Program-made: the position numbers and the translations under genes
Shown: in pieces, positions 62,701 to 64,000 of the stretch
How positions within the stretch are numbered: position 1 is the first letter of the stretch
How the letters are laid out: each line of letters begins with the position of its first letter
Assembly: GCA_038087875.1 (NCBI GenBank)
Contig: CM076001.1
Location: 498,001-562,000 of the forward strand
Origin: Malacoraja senta
Taxonomy: Eukaryota
Reading direction: 5' to 3'
DNA length: 64,000 bases
The notes under the pieces: generated by a model
Database searches by the model: none
The model's input: the letters and a program-made list of their open reading frames with translations, nothing else
Told to the model about the DNA's origin: nothing

Positions 62701-64000
62701 TCATGAAAACCAGATCCAGGAGCAGTGGCGATTGATGCTTTCTCGCTAGATTGGGGTGGTATGTTTTCATATATATGTCCACCTTTCTGCCTCATAAGCC
62801 AATGTTTGCTTAAAATCAGGCAAGATGCTGCTTCAAGGGTATTGGTAGTACCAGATTGGCCTACACAGCCATGGTATCCGTTGATATTAGAATTAACAAC
62901 ACAAATGTTGATGAAAGTCCCAAAAAAGAGTAATTTATTGCTGCACCCTGTACAGGGGAACAACATCCATTATATGATCGTTTGGATTTGTTGATTTGCA
63001 GGTTTTAAGAATGCCTTTTCTGGGATGAGGACTGTCTGAGCATACTGTGGACATGCTTACGGCAGCCTGGAGGAAGAGCACTCAAAAACAGTACCTTATA
63101 TTAAGAAATGGGAAGAGTTCTGTGTACAAAAGAATGTGCAATAAAGTACTGCAGATATTTCAAATTTTTAGAATTTCTGTCAAAACTTTATTATGATGAA
63201 GGTCTGAGTTGTAGTGCAATTAATTCAGCCAGAAGTGCATTGTCCTCATATTTGGTTCTGGATTCAGAAATAAACTCAATTGGGTCACACACAATTGTTT
63301 CCAGACTAATGAAAGAAAACTTTAATTCCAAACCACCGAAACCTAGGTACGTGACAATCTGGGATGTAAGTGTGGTACTGAAACTACTTCGTGAATGGTC
63401 ATCAAGTGTGTCTTTACCTTTGGTCAAGCTCAGTATGAAAGTATTCATGCTTATGGCATGAGTGACAGCACAACGAGTGCAAACACTTGGAAAATTACAA
63501 ATAGACAGTATGGAAGTAACTGAAGACAAGGTTACATTCTATATCTATGACCTACTAAAGTAAATTAGGCCAGGTGTGACAGGATTTAAAATTATGCTAG
63601 CAGCATATCCAAATGATCCATGTCTCTGTATTAAGACATATTTATTACAATACATTGAGGTCACAAAGAATTTGAGAATACGGAAACTGGGTTGTTGATC
63701 ACACACAAGAAACCACACAAGAGAGTTTCAATACAGACTATTTCCAGATGGATAAAAGAAGTCTTAACAGCTGCTGGTATTAACACTTATGTTTTTACGT
63801 CTCACTCGACTAGGGAAGCAGAAACGTCGGCGGCCAGGGCAAAAGACGGCCCCGTCGACCATATCCTCGCAGCCGCCGGGTGGTCCAATGAGTTGATGTT
63901 TCAACATTTTTACCATCGGCCTATTGTTAATGCGGGGTTGTTTGCAGAAACTATTTTAAGTTCTGTTTAAATTCCTCTGGTTTAAAGGGCATCTGATTCA
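59707..64000 (+). mobile_element. Decayed DIRS-type tyrosine-recombinase retrotransposon (gag, RT, RNase H, methyltransferase-like, YR); extends past the window
   Basis: LLFGEDL and VGGRL (gag/pol junction), AYLDD at about 61734, QTDASALGWG and ITYLELL (RNase H), DAFSLDW..YICPPF..VPDWPTQPWY, and ISRWIK..HSTR..AAGWS..FQHFY (YR). Many stops and frameshifts. Confidence 0.93.

Overview
Eukaryotic genomic DNA, most of it transposon-derived. The repeat set (HE1/V-SINE-like SINEs, CR1 and Rex1/Babar LINEs, Penelope-like elements) points to a cartilaginous fish, probably a skate or ray; this is inferred, not searched. The window appears to be mostly intron of an unidentified minus-strand coiled-coil protein gene. 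Two exons are well supported (33561-33665 and 769-855) and three are weaker candidates (45814-45877, a 21-nt microexon at 32914-32934, and a possible last exon at 10841-10903). Other contents: five non-autonomous Helitron insertions with differing internal tandem arrays; about 17 Penelope-type terminal repeats with hammerhead-like cores; four Harbinger-type MITEs; four copies of a GC-rich non-coding retroelement with a Rex1-like tail; two unclassified TIR elements; a young 5'-truncated CR1 with a near-intact ORF2 and a structured 3'UTR module; a decayed DIRS retrotransposon nested in a Tc1 element; and a 200-N assembly gap at 18564-18763. Most long ORFs in the supplied track come from TEs or tandem repeats. 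Boundaries of old TE fragments are approximate.
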